In this document: one piece after another, positions 1-13,513 of the stretch | Position numbering within the stretch: position 1 is the stretch's first letter | How the letters are laid out: every line of letters begins with the position of its first letter | DNA from: Glycera tridactyla | Lineage: Eukaryota | DNA: 64,000 nucleotides | Direction: 5' to 3' | Assembly (NCBI GenBank): GCA_965644265.1 | Contig: OZ286463.1 | Location: 105,524,001 to 105,588,000, forward strand | Position numbers and translations under genes: made by a program | The notes under the pieces: generated by a model | The model's input: only the letters and a program-made list of their open reading frames with translations | The model's database searches: none | What the model was told of the DNA's origin: nothing

Positions 1-2959
1 TTCATATCATGCAACCAATCCTGCTAAGAAAAAAATCTGCCAAGAGGATTGAACTTGTCAAGGATAGCAGACTGTGAATAATTACATTTACATTTACATC
101 TCTAGCAAAGCCTCCTTGCATCAGAAATTTACATCCGTTCCTCCAATCAAGGCAACCGAACAAATTCCTACCACTTATTCAATTGAGACAAGTCTGTCTG
201 GAGACGTGCACTGACTAGTGGATGAAACTAAAGAGTATACCAATGGTGGCTTCCGCACTGCGTGCCATCACAATAATAGGTTTAGACACAACCGATTACG
301 CCAGTCGCAGGCATTACATAAGCTAAATCCTAACTGATTTGAAGGATAAACTTTTGACAGATGATATTGGTAATCTTCTCTCGGCGGCGATAGACATGGA
401 TCCAGGATTTGGACCGATAGACCATCGGAATATGTGGTGATAATGTGCTATCCAGTGATCTACGAAGATTTAAATGAATCTCGTTGGCGTGTGTGTTGAT
501 GATTGGTTTCGCTGGTATATACACCGTGTGAATCTAATTTGATTTGATATTCAGCTTTGATGACTCGAGCTCATGTCGTTAATGCAGATTTTGGTATGTT
601 TTATTGTGTATCCAACAACTATGATATTATCGAATTTTTTAACAAGATGAATTCCACTGATACAACATGAATGTTATCATACATGAAGGAAGAACTTTAC
701 CTTTAATTCCAGTTGCATTTTGATACCGACACCATCGCTATAGTTGCCATGGCAACCATGGAAACCATGAATTTCATCTCATCATTTCATAAATGTCCCT
801 GGCGCCATGTCTTGGGGATATTAACAGGAATGATACGCTCTTAAATTTGTAGGAGCGGTTGACCATGATTTTTTGAGACATGTATGTTTTTGAGATCCGT
901 CATTTCCATAATGATATTTCAAGTCGAATTTCCCAAAAAATTGCATTTTTTCTTGATCTTTTTGACTTAGAAATCCAATCCTGATAAAATAAGTCAGAAA
1001 ATATAGAAAATGTTCTTTTATGGAAAGGAATTTTCATTTAGAGAGTTTCCATGAAGGAGACATGGCGCCAGGTCAATATGTGTGATTTTTCAGTAAAATG
1101 TGGGTATCCTGGTTGTTTGGTCTGAGATATGCCTCAGGGTAAAATTTTTCATTAGGCCATTTCATTCATACCATTAATTTTTTTGTAATGATAGATACTC
1201 TTTCCAAATACTAGATGCAACATATATTGGATTCCTGGTTTTGACATTATTGAAATCTGCATCAAAGACATGAGATCCGTGAGTTTCACCTGTGTGCTTC
1301 AAACAGGTCCAGGCTCATCTGTGTGCTGACATGCATGAATTTATTTATGTTCATGAATTTGCATATTCATATATTCATGTGATGTCAATGTTCTCGGGCA
1401 GATCATCACCTTTGGGATCACACTACCATGGCATGGGGCCGACAGGTCAGGTCAGTTGCTCTTGCCCTACGTATTCTTGTCATCAAAGTGATGTGGGGGC
1501 ATATGATGAAATAGCGTCCTAGCTTTCGTAACAGATACTGAACATGAGCGAGAGAGATTTTTGAGATAGTTGTCAGTGGAACAATGGGCACGGATAAGTA
1601 GGTCATCCGCATGGCCATCTAGATAAGGTGAGATGAAGGCATTGGGTTCAATTTCCACCAACATCGATGTCTCTCGATTTCCTACAATCTATCAGTTTGG
1701 TGCATGCTATATTCCGTAAGATCAAGCTGGGATCGAAGGGGAAAAGTTTGGTACTAGTTTGAAGGGAGGCAGTGGTGTCTTGATTTTAGGACATCGCATA
1801 GAAACCCCTTGAGCTTCAACGCTGACTCACCGGATGCTCGTGGTGAATGAAAAATATTGCTTCCTGCCTGTCTTTCTGTCTGTCTACCTGTCTGTCTGTC
1901 TGTTCTGACGATTGAAGGCAGGCAACCTTTTTCTCACTCACTCGCTCGCTTTTGTTTTCTCTCTCCCACACATCTTCAACTCTCCCTCCACTTTCTGTCA
2001 TTCTCCTAATCTTTTCTCGCAATGCACAAATATTTACTCCTTATCAATGGACCTTGTACGTCACGTATACGTATATCATATGATCCAATGTCAGCTCATG
2101 GCAAGTAATAGAGTGGCGTGCGGATGATGAAATGTCAATAAATGTTCCAATAGGAGACGGAATTGCCCAATATGTACACGAACGATCGGATGTACTTCGA
2201 TATGCGTTCGATGGACTGCAAAAGTGGGTCACGGATGACATGGGCTTACATGGCCCTCGAGATCCGTTACATGCTAGGCGTGCCCCTAATCCAGATGAGC
2301 CACCAACGGACTAAAGCTGCCAGATGATTACAATGACAAATAACCAGCATCTACACATCCGGGGAAATGAGTCCATGGTAGAAAGTAAATCCGTCACAAT
2401 CTTCATCATCTTCGCCCCATGAATACGCACTAGAATTACCGATAATAATTGCATCAGAAAAAAGTATGAATGACGTTATTTCTGGCAAGCTTTTCGGCAG
2501 CAATTTCAGTAGTCGTAGAAGTCACGACAGTTGCTATATCAGTGCACAGACATACCGTTGCTCATGTATAATTTCCTGGTATTTACCTACAAGAGAAACC
2601 TCGAGTTTGAAATACTCGCTGGCTGATGCAAACCAATCCTAGGGGAGTTCTAGATACATTTGGATGCGGGCCGAGGGCTCAGTCAAAACGTGCCCGTTGA
2701 GGAACATTTACTTCAGATGTTCGACTATGTATCTTCGTTCATCCATTGTCGTCCGAACAGAGTATACACTATACAATAAACCCCAAAAAAGAGGCGTTTG
2801 CATATGAATGACCACACAAATACTCAGTAACAACGAACTCAAAATGATGTGAGATGAAATGATAATAAACAATAAATTGGATGACGGTACTAATATGGAG
2901 ACAAAGAACTATCATGACTTACTCAACAGTGATTGAATCAACCCTATTGCATTATGATA

Positions 2960-3135
2960 CAATGAAACCTGCGACGAGAGACCGCCCTCAATGACACCAA
3001 AAAGCGGTCTCTCAAAAAACGTGGTCTCTCGTTGGGGTATATCTGACTATGTTAAATAGAAAAGCTGCTCTGGAGAAGCGGTCTCCTGTCGGAGATGGTC
3101 TCTCGTCGGGGCGTCTCTCATCACAGGTTTCACTG
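2960..3135. mobile_element. Non-autonomous Tc1/mariner (pogo/Tigger-type) MITE, 176 bp
   Basis: Left end TA|CAATGAAACCTGCGACGAGAGAC pairs with the reverse complement of the right end TA|CAGTGAAACCTGTGATGAGAGAC. TA flanks both ends (2958-59, 3136-37). Internal GGTCTCTC motifs are repeated. Confidence 0.75.
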
Positions 3136-6100
3136 TATCATGCAATGCACAATGTATATTTCACAACAATGATGGCTCGGAGGGTAGAATGAAGAATGTG
3201 GGAATTCTATGGGATAGACTCGAATATCAGATTATCCTCTTAGTAGGACAATCTTTTGAACACGCAGGGAGTAGAAGGTACTAGAAGGAGGCTTCGTACT
3301 TCGTACTTAGTTTTAAACATACTTGGTTTGCACATATCAAATTCTGAGTATCGTTAGAGGCTTCTCTGTGTCTGAAAAATATCTCCAATTACGTAGGTCG
3401 GGTACACGAATTTTTAGATGAGGGCAGTCTCTCGATCCCTAACGATAGGTATGACTGAGATTTGGTAGTTCACATAGAGGTAGGTACTCAGGATGGGCAT
3501 GCAATTCCTCAGTAATGGCAAATCTGGAACTATTGTCCGTGATGTTTAATTTCGTACTCGTCATGGGCGATGTCACAGTAATTGTAGTCTCTTCACTTGA
3601 TCCCTGAGTATGCTGAGATACCCACCCTCCCAATAGTCTTTATCCTCATATGTATTTAGCATGTTCTTAGAAACTCAATAGACTATTGGGGATTTACCTG
3701 AATACCGAATACACTAATATGCAACGATTCAATTTAGATCACTGCGATTTGTTCAAGACACCACTTTATTTTCTAACAAATTGAAGCTTGTTTCGCCTCA
3801 GCCACACTCTTGTCTGAGACGAGGCCGATTCTACTTTGCTTTTCAATAATGCAGAATCCCTGATAGCTGGATCCTCTTTGTGGAGATTAAGACTGACACT
3901 GGGACCCTCAAGGAAATGAGTTGAGTCAACAACATATATTGATAAGAAAAAGGGGCCGAGTATCGATCCCTAAGGGACCTCTGAACTCAGACTGCTCCTC
4001 ATAGAGCCGACCGGCTCTCTCAAGTAACCTACAGATTGACAGACAGACGGATGGTTGAGCGATAGTCGGACCTCATCGTACGATCCCAATCCTTTTGTAG
4101 GGAGATAATGGTGGCAATTATCCAATTAAAAGAGTGATTGCCCACATCAATGCCCCCATTATGAATATGTTGCAATGACAGTGATAATTCAAGAGCAGAA
4201 GCTTTCAATCCCGTTGTTGGTAGACCATCATTTCAGCCTGATTCAGACAGTAGCAGTTTGGTTATAAGCTTGTGACTCATTTCAAGCAAGTCACATTCAA
4301 GTGCGGCCTATTTCGAATATCCGTTGGGAAGTTTTCCATGGGGAAACTTCCATCACTACTTTCATGACTACAAGAGATTAGTATGTTATTGAAAAGGTCA
4401 TTTAACTCGTTTACAATGTCAAATCCATTAAGTTTCCTATCACCATTATTTCAATACCGCATTCATCCTCACCCAAAACCTACGCATGGTATCCCACATT
4501 TCCTTGGGATTAATTCGATGATTTGCTTCTGCAGCCGACTTTTCTCAATTAATCTCTCACAAATACTGCGTACCAAGCTCTCCACATGTCTACTAGCTTC
4601 ACTGTGTGTCTTGTTCAAGTGCAAATACTCCCATGTATATGTGGCACAAAGGCATGAAGCAGCACAGAGAAGAAATGACATTAGCTCCACGACCTAGGTG
4701 AACAGTAATAATGCCTTTGTGCATTAGGTCTATTTATAGCCTGATTCGAATGCTGGATGTGAAGAAATGAATCACTAGGAAGCGCTTTGTCAGTTACAGG
4801 GCTTCTCGGCATTAGGGAGCTGTGAATGCGTATCTTAGGGAAAGGGGAACATGGGATGAGGCCGATCTTGCCGTTTTTACAGTCGCTTCGCCTCAGTTAT
4901 GACCCCTGTATTTCGCTGGTAATGCAGACTGGACATCCATCTGACAAATATTGATACCGACACTTGGGATAGGTATTGTCAGTGTTCATGAATGTTCTCG
5001 ACTTGGATCAATCATTTCAGAATGTGCAGGTGTGATGGTACGTATTCGAAGTGATCTTGTTTCAAAGCAGTACCGCAGCACAGCCATTCAATACGCGCAA
5101 TTGTCAGTTGGTTTGTGACCATGATCATGACATCGTCCAGGATTGTTGGACTTACACGCCACATAGAGAAATTGATATAGACTGGTTCATGAGTGAGCCA
5201 TTTCCATCTGGAGATCAATTATTACTGATGAATCCCTCATGAATTGATGACAATATCAATCACAATCTCGGGAACAAACATCGGTTTCGGTGGATCTGAA
5301 AAAAACATGGCTAAAGTGTTACGAAATGGTGAATGATTATCTTTGAACATCATCCATGCTGTTGAGGAATGTCTGATATTATATCATTGAAATGGAATGG
5401 CTGATGATTGATGACTGACTATAAGCGACGCTTGACCAACAACTGTCAAAGCCTGTATCGAAAATGATATGCTAGAGTGGTTTAATCCACCAGATGATCC
5501 CAGAAGAATCTAAACGAACATTTTATAATCATGACGTTGACCTGCGATCTGATCATCATATTATGCTGAACATGGTGAAATTCATAAACTGCAGAAACGA
5601 AACTTCAGGTGTCTGAGAGATTATCATAGATGAAAGAGTGTCCTCAACCATTTCACCCTTACTATGTGTCCGAGAGCATGAACATAGGTATGCTTGAAAG
5701 AACCACACGAGGAGCTGGCTTCAAACAAAATGACTATTCTGAAAACAAATAGAGACATGAAGCCTCATTGATGCAAATGACAGACTCTATATTTTTCAGC
5801 TATCCATCCTCTCTAAGCAGTGGGATCTCCTCTGCTACATTCAACATGATTCAGTTTGACAGCTGTGGTAAATGGTGCGTAGGCAGGATAGAACAAGGGA
5901 TTGTTCAGTAGCACAGCTGATTGAACACTTACACGTTGACGATGGCATCCAGCCATCTGTTTCATCCAGGTCATTCAGGAGTATTGAGCGTAACCTTGAT
6001 ACGCAATTTATTTTGAATAGTTTGAAAAGCCTACCCCATACTGGACCGTTTACTTGTGGTGATGACAGAGTTCTGAGCATGAACAAACGCTCTTCTTTGA

Positions 6101-7686
6101 CAGTGGTATGTAATCAACGTACCTGCACAATACAGCTAGCATCCAATTGAAAAACGGTCAAGCACGTATCCAATCAAACCAAAGCTCGAATTTATCAGAA
6201 ACCCAGAGAAAATATCTCAATCAATCTCGAGGACGGGCAACCGCATGTTTTGACAATTGTTGTTACACTACCATCATGGAATACGATATTTCGTAATATA
6301 AGCAATTTAGCTTTCGTTGCTACATTTTTCATAAAAGAGAGAACAATGTCTTCGAGATCGGAATACATGCAAGGAACTAATCCTGTATCTCAAATTACTA
6401 AGAAGAAATTACCAGCGAGAATCATACAATACACACTGTACAGTGTGCAGTGAAGACCTGACTTGTCTCACCTTGCTATAGTGTTTGCAACTCAGTAATT
6501 GCCCATCTTCAATTTTCATTGATTACTGAATTGTGTGAATTCATTCTCGGTCTATCACCATGGTACATTCCTGAAATGTCTGAAACCAGTCTTTGTGATA
6601 TTTACTATGAGGAGATTATTGAAGACACGTTTCCTTCCAAATTGCCTTTGCCTCACCAGAATCATGGAATAATCACGAGAATGGGATCTTACAAACGTTG
6701 ACCTCAGCAGGCTAAAACCGACCTCCCAACTTGTCTGTGCTTGAGGCGGCATGAGCATGAAGTAAGTACATATCTATTGTGTGGAGGCCACAAAGGCGTG
6801 GTTCTCGGGCCGGGAACGTTGAACACAGTGTGAAGTGAGTAGCACATGGAATCTTTATATCTTTTTCATCATGCATCCGAGTCACTCAATTTTCTCAAGC
6901 TCGTTCAGCAATCAGATTATTTCCGTTAGTCTCTTCTGCCGGATGTCTTTCAGATTTGTTTCTCTCAGGATGCGGTTAGAATTAATCATGTATGTTCCTG
7001 AAGAAAATAGAGCTATGCATTTCACTCGTATTCAGTCATTCTCCCCCTGTCAATGCCTCAAGTCATTGAAGCATGATTAAATCATACAGGTATCGTAGCA
7101 TCCCTGATCTTGCCAGCTCCTGCATACCACCATTAGGTCTAAACTGAATGACTAGGCCCTCGGTCCGGAAAGAATGAGTCGCAGATTCGCACCCAACCAC
7201 TTCGCATCATTCGACGATCACACAAGATTGAAAAGTCGATTTATGTCTTCCCTAATCAATTTGCGTAATGACTTCCACATCTTCTATTTGTCTCTGTTAG
7301 AGCATTGGAGTGGATTTGTGGTGGCTGCTTCACATCAACAGTCAGTCCACTTCTATTAGTCGCCAAACTGAGATGTTCGACATTTCTCACGCTATATCCA
7401 CTGCACTTCTGTACCACTCGCAACGGACACTTATCACGAAGCTGGGCGTGTCATTGGCCAAGGAGCTGAATGCTAGATACGAATTATTTCGAACAAAAGT
7501 AAGTCAATCCGAGTAGGCTGAATGGATTATTGATTTATCCTACCAAATGGCTTGGTGTAGCGAAGGTCAATCCATTCTATCGATGTGGATCAGCTGGCAT
7601 AAAGGCCTTGTAATTCTCATGTCGGCCAGGTCAAGTGCGTATAGGCATGATCTATGATGATTGTATTATATGACCGAGAATATAGA

Positions 7687-8156
7687 NNNNNNNNNNNNNN
7701 NNNNNNNNNNNNNNNNNNNNNNNNNNNNNNNNNNNNNNNNNNNNNNNNNNNNNNNNNNNNNNNNNNNNNNNNNNNNNNNNNNNNNNNNNNNNNNNNNNNN
7801 NNNNNNNNNNNNNNNNNNNNNNNNNNNNNNNNNNNNNNNNNNNNNNNNNNNNNNNNNNNNNNNNNNNNNNNNNNNNNNNNNNNNNNNNNNNNNNNNNNNN
7901 NNNNNNNNNNNNNNNNNNNNNNNNNNNNNNNNNNNNNNNNNNNNNNNNNNNNNNNNNNNNNNNNNNNNNNNNNNNNNNNNNNNNNNNNNNNNNNNNNNNN
8001 NNNNNNNNNNNNNNNNNNNNNNNNNNNNNNNNNNNNNNNNNNNNNNNNNNNNNNNNNNNNNNNNNNNNNNNNNNNNNNNNNNNNNNNNNNNNNNNNNNNN
8101 NNNNNNNNNNNNNNNNNNNNNNNNNNNNNNNNNNNNNNNNNNNNNNNNNNNNNNNN
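7687..8156. other. Assembly gap (N run); other gaps at 13574-13726, 16450-16692, 16991-17143, 21300-21576, 39206-39646
   Basis: Runs of n in the sequence; most abut microsatellites or repeats. Confidence 0.99.
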
Positions 8157-10433
8157 ATTCAACAAGATGAGTCGAGGCCTGTTCCTTAAAAATAATCGAA
8201 AAACTTTGAGTGATTCCAGTATCTTTGCTGATCTGTGGTAATGGATTCCTGGAAAGGGTGTTCACATGTCTCTCTTTAATGATGGTAATTCCCACCTTCC
8301 TTCACATCCTTGACCTGTCAGGGTTTTTTCCTGCAAAGCGACGCTGATGATGATATTGATCGTATGTGGAGCACATGCGAACACGGACACTCGCCGCTTG
8401 ACCCATTTCAGACATTTCATGTGGTCAGGCATTATTACTGTTCACCTAGGTCGTGGAGCATGGTCAGTGATATGAATCGTCGTTTCGAGGCTAACGGTTG
8501 GCTGGAACATGTAGGGATTCATTTTCTCCATCATGCCGTCTCGTAATCCCTATCCGACAACAAGTGCCTCATTACTTAGATGTCGGGCATTCTAAATGCA
8601 GGGATTAGCTTGTCGTTGTAAACTTGGCCAAATGGATCCAGCTAACTGGGATGTCAAGTTCCAACTATGACGCCTTATTTATCGGCATCGTTCGTCCGAC
8701 ATATCAGCATTTCTTTTAGCCAGAAGATGAGGTAAGTTGCCGGTGATTCAACTTCAATTCCTAGGATGCTACTCAGCCGAGTGATCTATGTGTCGATGGA
8801 ATCGAACACACATGTTGGTCATCGCCACAGCTTCACACACAAACACATTTATTCACTCGCAATGATTCAGGTGAATAGGAAACTTTATCATTTTCGTTCA
8901 ATTCGCATGGTATTTTGGCAAGCACAACCATGCGCATCATCTATCATTAGCTAGATTTCTATTGGTTGAACATTCATTGAGCATGTTTTGCAGATGATCG
9001 ACCTTTAGATTTTGCTCGTATTACCAAATGTGCGCTGTGAGCAAAGACAATGAGCAGCAAATTTGTTTTGACACATGAGTTTCAATACCGTGTGAGTCAT
9101 GGGCATGATTTCAGACCTTCGGGATTTGTGTGATGAAATACCACCTGTATACGTATCATGATGCATTCTTCTTGGTCATAGGCTGTGATTTGACTTTCCT
9201 AATGAAGTAGAATGAAGTTTTTTCAAATTTGATACTCGATAAACGGCGTTCCATAATTTTCTGACAGATTCAACACGGGATGTATAAGATGGATGAGAGA
9301 TTCAATATGAAAATGTCCATCCCTCGTGATTTATTATTTCGATTAACATGGAAACTTCTATGAGTTGATCAAAACAATTGTCTAGAAATATTATACCATT
9401 GCTTGATCCACTGATTGAACAACAAAAGATAAATCGCAGATAGTGTTTAAATCATCTCTGTGCTTTCTGTTCAGTTTCAATAGCGAATAAATGGAAGCGA
9501 ACGACAGAGGAAAATGTTGAAGTCATCACGCGATGAAAGGCAATACATTGTAATAAATATGTCGTGTGAATAAATACAATACTCAACACATCTTCCATCT
9601 CACGTTTTCGAGCACAGCTAATGGCTCTCTCACTCTTCTCCCCTATCTCTCTCTTACTCCCTCCCTCTCTATCTATCTAACTGTCCCTCTTCCTTTTTCT
9701 ATCTCTATCTCGATCTCTCACTCTCGAATATTGATTAGCAAATGAAGTGAATTCAATCTACGATGGATATGGATGAAAGTTCCTATAGGGGAGTTTGTGA
9801 TAATTGTTCAGCAATTGATTATGTTGCAGAGATATCCGAAGCCTAATTGAGCCATGTCGAAGATTGTGCTTGAGCCCCCTCCCCCGTATGGGTTGCCCTC
9901 CATACATCTTATTGAACGTGTATGCTATTTGTTCTGTGTGCAGAGTATAAATCTATCCACACAATCGTCACTACATTTCTGGGTCACAGTTTATCCAGAG
10001 ATCTGACCGGTAGGGATATGGTCACATTCACCTTATTCCACACCAGAGACAGATTGATAAGCTAGATAGCATATGCCAACGTACACAAAGGCATTCATAC
10101 CATTGTGTACGTATTAATCGACGATGAATAGAACAAATAATCATTCGTGTGAAAAGAAATCAAGTTTACAGTGACCAGAATGAGGTCTACACTGCATGTC
10201 TTCCCCAAGTAAATCCGATTAGGCGGATGGGAATAATGGCTTCTTGGATAACTATCGCCTCTTTGTACAACAGATGAAACGCAATAATTGGAATTTCGCA
10301 TGTCACTTGGTCATAACAAGCCTATATGTGATGTCTCAACCACTGCGATGAGCAAAAGACGACTTCCAATTATTCGATTTTGAATGACTTTCAGAAAATG
10401 AACTCTGTAATGCAATAAGTGTGTCATTCCTAA

Positions 10434-11730
10434 AGACTGCTGAAACCGCAGAGTGCTTACATGATAGTATGTACTGTAGCATGGGCCTCATTGATAGTGA
10501 TATGTGGGATGTGTATATAAGTAAGACTGCTGAAAGCACCGCAGAGTGCTCACATAAGAGTATGTACTGTAGCACGGGCCTGATTGATAGTGATATCTGG
10601 GATGTGTATATAAGTAAGACTGCTGAAAGGAAGGCAGAGTGCTTACATAAGAGTATGTACTGTAGCACAGGCCAGATTGATAGTGATATCTGGGATGTGT
10701 ATATGGGTACGACTACTGAAAGGACTGCAGAGTGCTTACATAAGAGTATGTATTGTAGCACGGGTCTCATTGATAGTGATATCTGGAATGTGTATGTAAG
10801 GAAGACTGCTGAAAGGACCGCAGAGTGCTTACATAAGAGAATGTACTGTGGCAAGGGCCTAATTGATAGTGATATATGGGATGTGTATGAAAGTAAGACT
10901 ACTGAAAGGACTGCAGAGTGCTTACATAAAAGTATGTACTGTAGTACGGACCTCATTGATAGTGATATGTGGGATGTGTATATAAGTAAGACTGCTGAAA
11001 GCACTGCAGAGTGCTTACATAAGAGTATGAACTGTAGCACGGGCCTCATTGATAGTGATATGTCTGATGTGTATATAAGTAAGACTGCTGAAAGGACGGC
11101 AGAGTGCTTACATAAGAGTATGTACTGTAGCATGGGCCTCATTGATAGTGATATCTGGGATGTGTATATAAGCAAGACTGCTGAAAGGACGGCAGAGTGC
11201 TTACATAAGAGTATGTACTGTAGCACGGGCCTCATTGATAGTGATATCTGGGATGTGTATATAAGTAAGACTGCTGAAAGCACCGCAGAGTGCTTACATA
11301 AGAGTATGTACTGTAGCACGGGCCTCATTGATAGTGATATCTGGGATGTGTATATAAGTAAGACTGCTGAAAGCACTGCAGAGTGCTCACATAAGAGTAT
11401 GTACTGTAGCACGGGCCTGATTGATAGTGATATCTGGGATGTGTATATAAGTAAGAGTACTGAAAGGACTGCAGAGTGCTTACATAAGAGTATGTACTGT
11501 AGCACGGGCCTCATTGATAGTGATATGTGGGATGTGTATATAAGTAAGACTACTGAAAGGACTGCAGAGTGCTTACAAAGGGTATGTACTGTAGCACGGG
11601 CCTCATTGATAGTGATATCTGGGATGTGTATATAAGTAAGACTGCTGAAAGGACGGCAGAGTGCTTACATAGGAGTATGTATTGTAGCACGGGCCTCATT
11701 GATAGTGATATCTGGGATGTGTATATAAGG
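10434..11730. repeat. 93-bp minisatellite array, about 14 units
   Basis: Unit GCAGAGTGCTTACATAAGAGTATGTACTGTAGCACGGGCCTCATTGATAGTGATATCTGGGATGTGTATATAAGTAAGACTGCTGAAAGGACT repeats contiguously and appears as a 31-aa period in the ORF track. A 1-bp deletion lies near 11577. Confidence 0.97.
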
Positions 11731-12299
11731 AAGAGCAATGACGCGATCGTCTATTTGAAGAGCGCTAGAATCTATGGCCTGTGATGTGATCCGAGATTGT
11801 GTTGGTGGTTTGGCAGGTCAGGAGACAAGGTGGCCGGAAATCCAATATAAAATGTCTGTCAATTACTCACGCTGAGACCATCTTACTCGGCATCCTTGGC
11901 CAGTTGCTCAGGGAAAGAAGAGCTTCCTCAGCCGGAACCACATGAGACTACTGATATAATCAAATGAATCCATTCCCCGGTCTCCGGTTTGTCGCTGCAC
12001 TGTTTTTTTTTCTTCGCTTCAGCTGAGCTGCTGTGTAATCAAGATACCAAATTTTTCAGGAATCTTGAAATTTCTCCAAAAAATTGTATAGGAAAATTAA
12101 AGTGGATGATATGAAGGGAGAAATTGTTCGCTATGCATATTTTGTTAAGTGCATTCATCTGACAGCAGCTTTGTTTCAGATGGTCATTATGTGCATCACC
12201 GGTACAAGAGTCTATAGTCTTTGTACAGATGCATCCGCCCACATCAGTAATGGACCCATTCATTGAAAGAAGGTGATTGCCACATTTGTGATGATTCAA

Positions 12300-13303
12300 G
12301 TTGTATCTACTTTAAACGCTGAAGTGAAGGTGTCGTACGTGATGCAATCTCGCTGTTTCTGAAATCTTCGTACTCAGTACCTGATGGAAATTGCATTCGA
12401 TTCATTGCATATTCTCGAATTTTACCTGCCACGATCATTTTGGTCATAAGACAGACCCATGAGCATGAATGTATTTCCATCAGACGGCCATGAGTGAAGA
12501 TAACACTGATACTCGACCACGGCTTCGAGTGGGAAATGCCTGATCTTCTTCGAGACCCTGATCCTGCCACTATATGACGATGAGGATATCATCTTTAACT
12601 GCCTTTCCCAACGGGATTCATATCCATTGCAGAAAGTACAGAATCTTGCTCTCCGTGTTAAATCAAAGAAGCCACGTAGGTATAGCACATAGTCATTGCC
12701 ATGTGGGTATAGCATAGAGTCGTTGCATAAGGAGTATGTGAATGCTTCATTGACAGAGGCAAGATCACGAAATGTTACATGTGAATAATGTTCTCATCAG
12801 GCAGTTTATCTCGTCCCCGATCTGTGTTCTCTGACCAGATAGCCATGAACATGCCTGCATATCCAAAAACAGACCATACGTACAATTTTGAGACTTTCTG
12901 AGAAATATTTCCTTTATAGGGCCTTGAAGACCTGGAATCTTCATATTTCAACATAAAATGATTTTGACTTAATTGGCACTTATGAAGGTCAGACGATGTT
13001 GAAGAAGATCAAAGAGGAAGATAATCATACAGCAATCGAGTGAGCATCTTCAGACTACCTGGTCGAATTCAATATTAAATGTTGAAACTCTGACATGCCT
13101 ATGGTCATTCGTTCATCACAGCAGTCATTCACTCATACTTATAACACCCATCTCGTTACAGTGTACAGACTCATCTCATTATTGAATTGCTCATATATTT
13201 TTGTTTTGACATTTCTCGTCATCCCGAACACAATATCATATTTCTGATGTCAACTGTTTGAACGATGTTGAATGAAGTCATTCAAACTCAAACTCAAACT
13301 CAA
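12300..13303 (+). mobile_element. Decayed CR1/L2-group LINE 3' fragment (copy A)
   Basis: Translation TLILPLYDDEDIIFNCLSQRDSYPLQKVQNLALRV aligns by eye with TLILPSLDYGDVVFNALGQRDTYTLQKLQNSAMRI of the RT at 44649. It ends in a (TCAAAC)n tail at 13281-13303 and has multiple stops. The 5' boundary is approximate. Confidence 0.75.
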
Positions 13304-13413
13304 GACAATACTGAACCCCGGAAATGATGGAACAATGATAAAAATGAGCTACCATGTACGGTGGCCCATAAGTGCCATTCAATAATATAATTTCAACCTT
13401 AATCATATGACAC

Positions 13414-13513
13414 ATTACCACCGCGGTGGAAACATTACCACCGCGGTGGAAACGTTACTACCGCGGTGGAAACGTTTCAACCGCAGTGGGAACGTTTCAA
13501 CCGCGTTGGAAAA
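13414..13513. repeat. Five 20-bp subterminal repeats with palindromic core CCACCGCGGTGG; two more at 18038-18076
   Basis: ATTACCACCGCGGTGGAAAC occurs twice, followed by three variants. The same motif recurs just inside the right TIR. Confidence 0.9.

Noticed and set aside
3950-4030. tRNA or tRNA-derived SINE head on the minus strand
   Set aside because: A and B boxes are too degenerate and no cloverleaf could be drawn.
5600-7600. Possible very old minus-strand LINE fossils (also about 49.7-50.8 kb)
   Set aside because: Only scattered weak peptide resemblances such as KMWKSLRKLI and DVVIVVLDL; cannot be supported without a profile search.
7617-8295. Long ORFs in the track across N gaps (also near 13.4-14.0, 16.2-17.3, 21.2-21.7 and 39.1-39.9 kb)
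   Set aside because: They are open only because N codons are not stops.
10434-11730. 93-bp arrays as CRISPR arrays
   Set aside because: Units are contiguous and near-identical with no unique spacers, there are no cas genes, and the context is eukaryotic.
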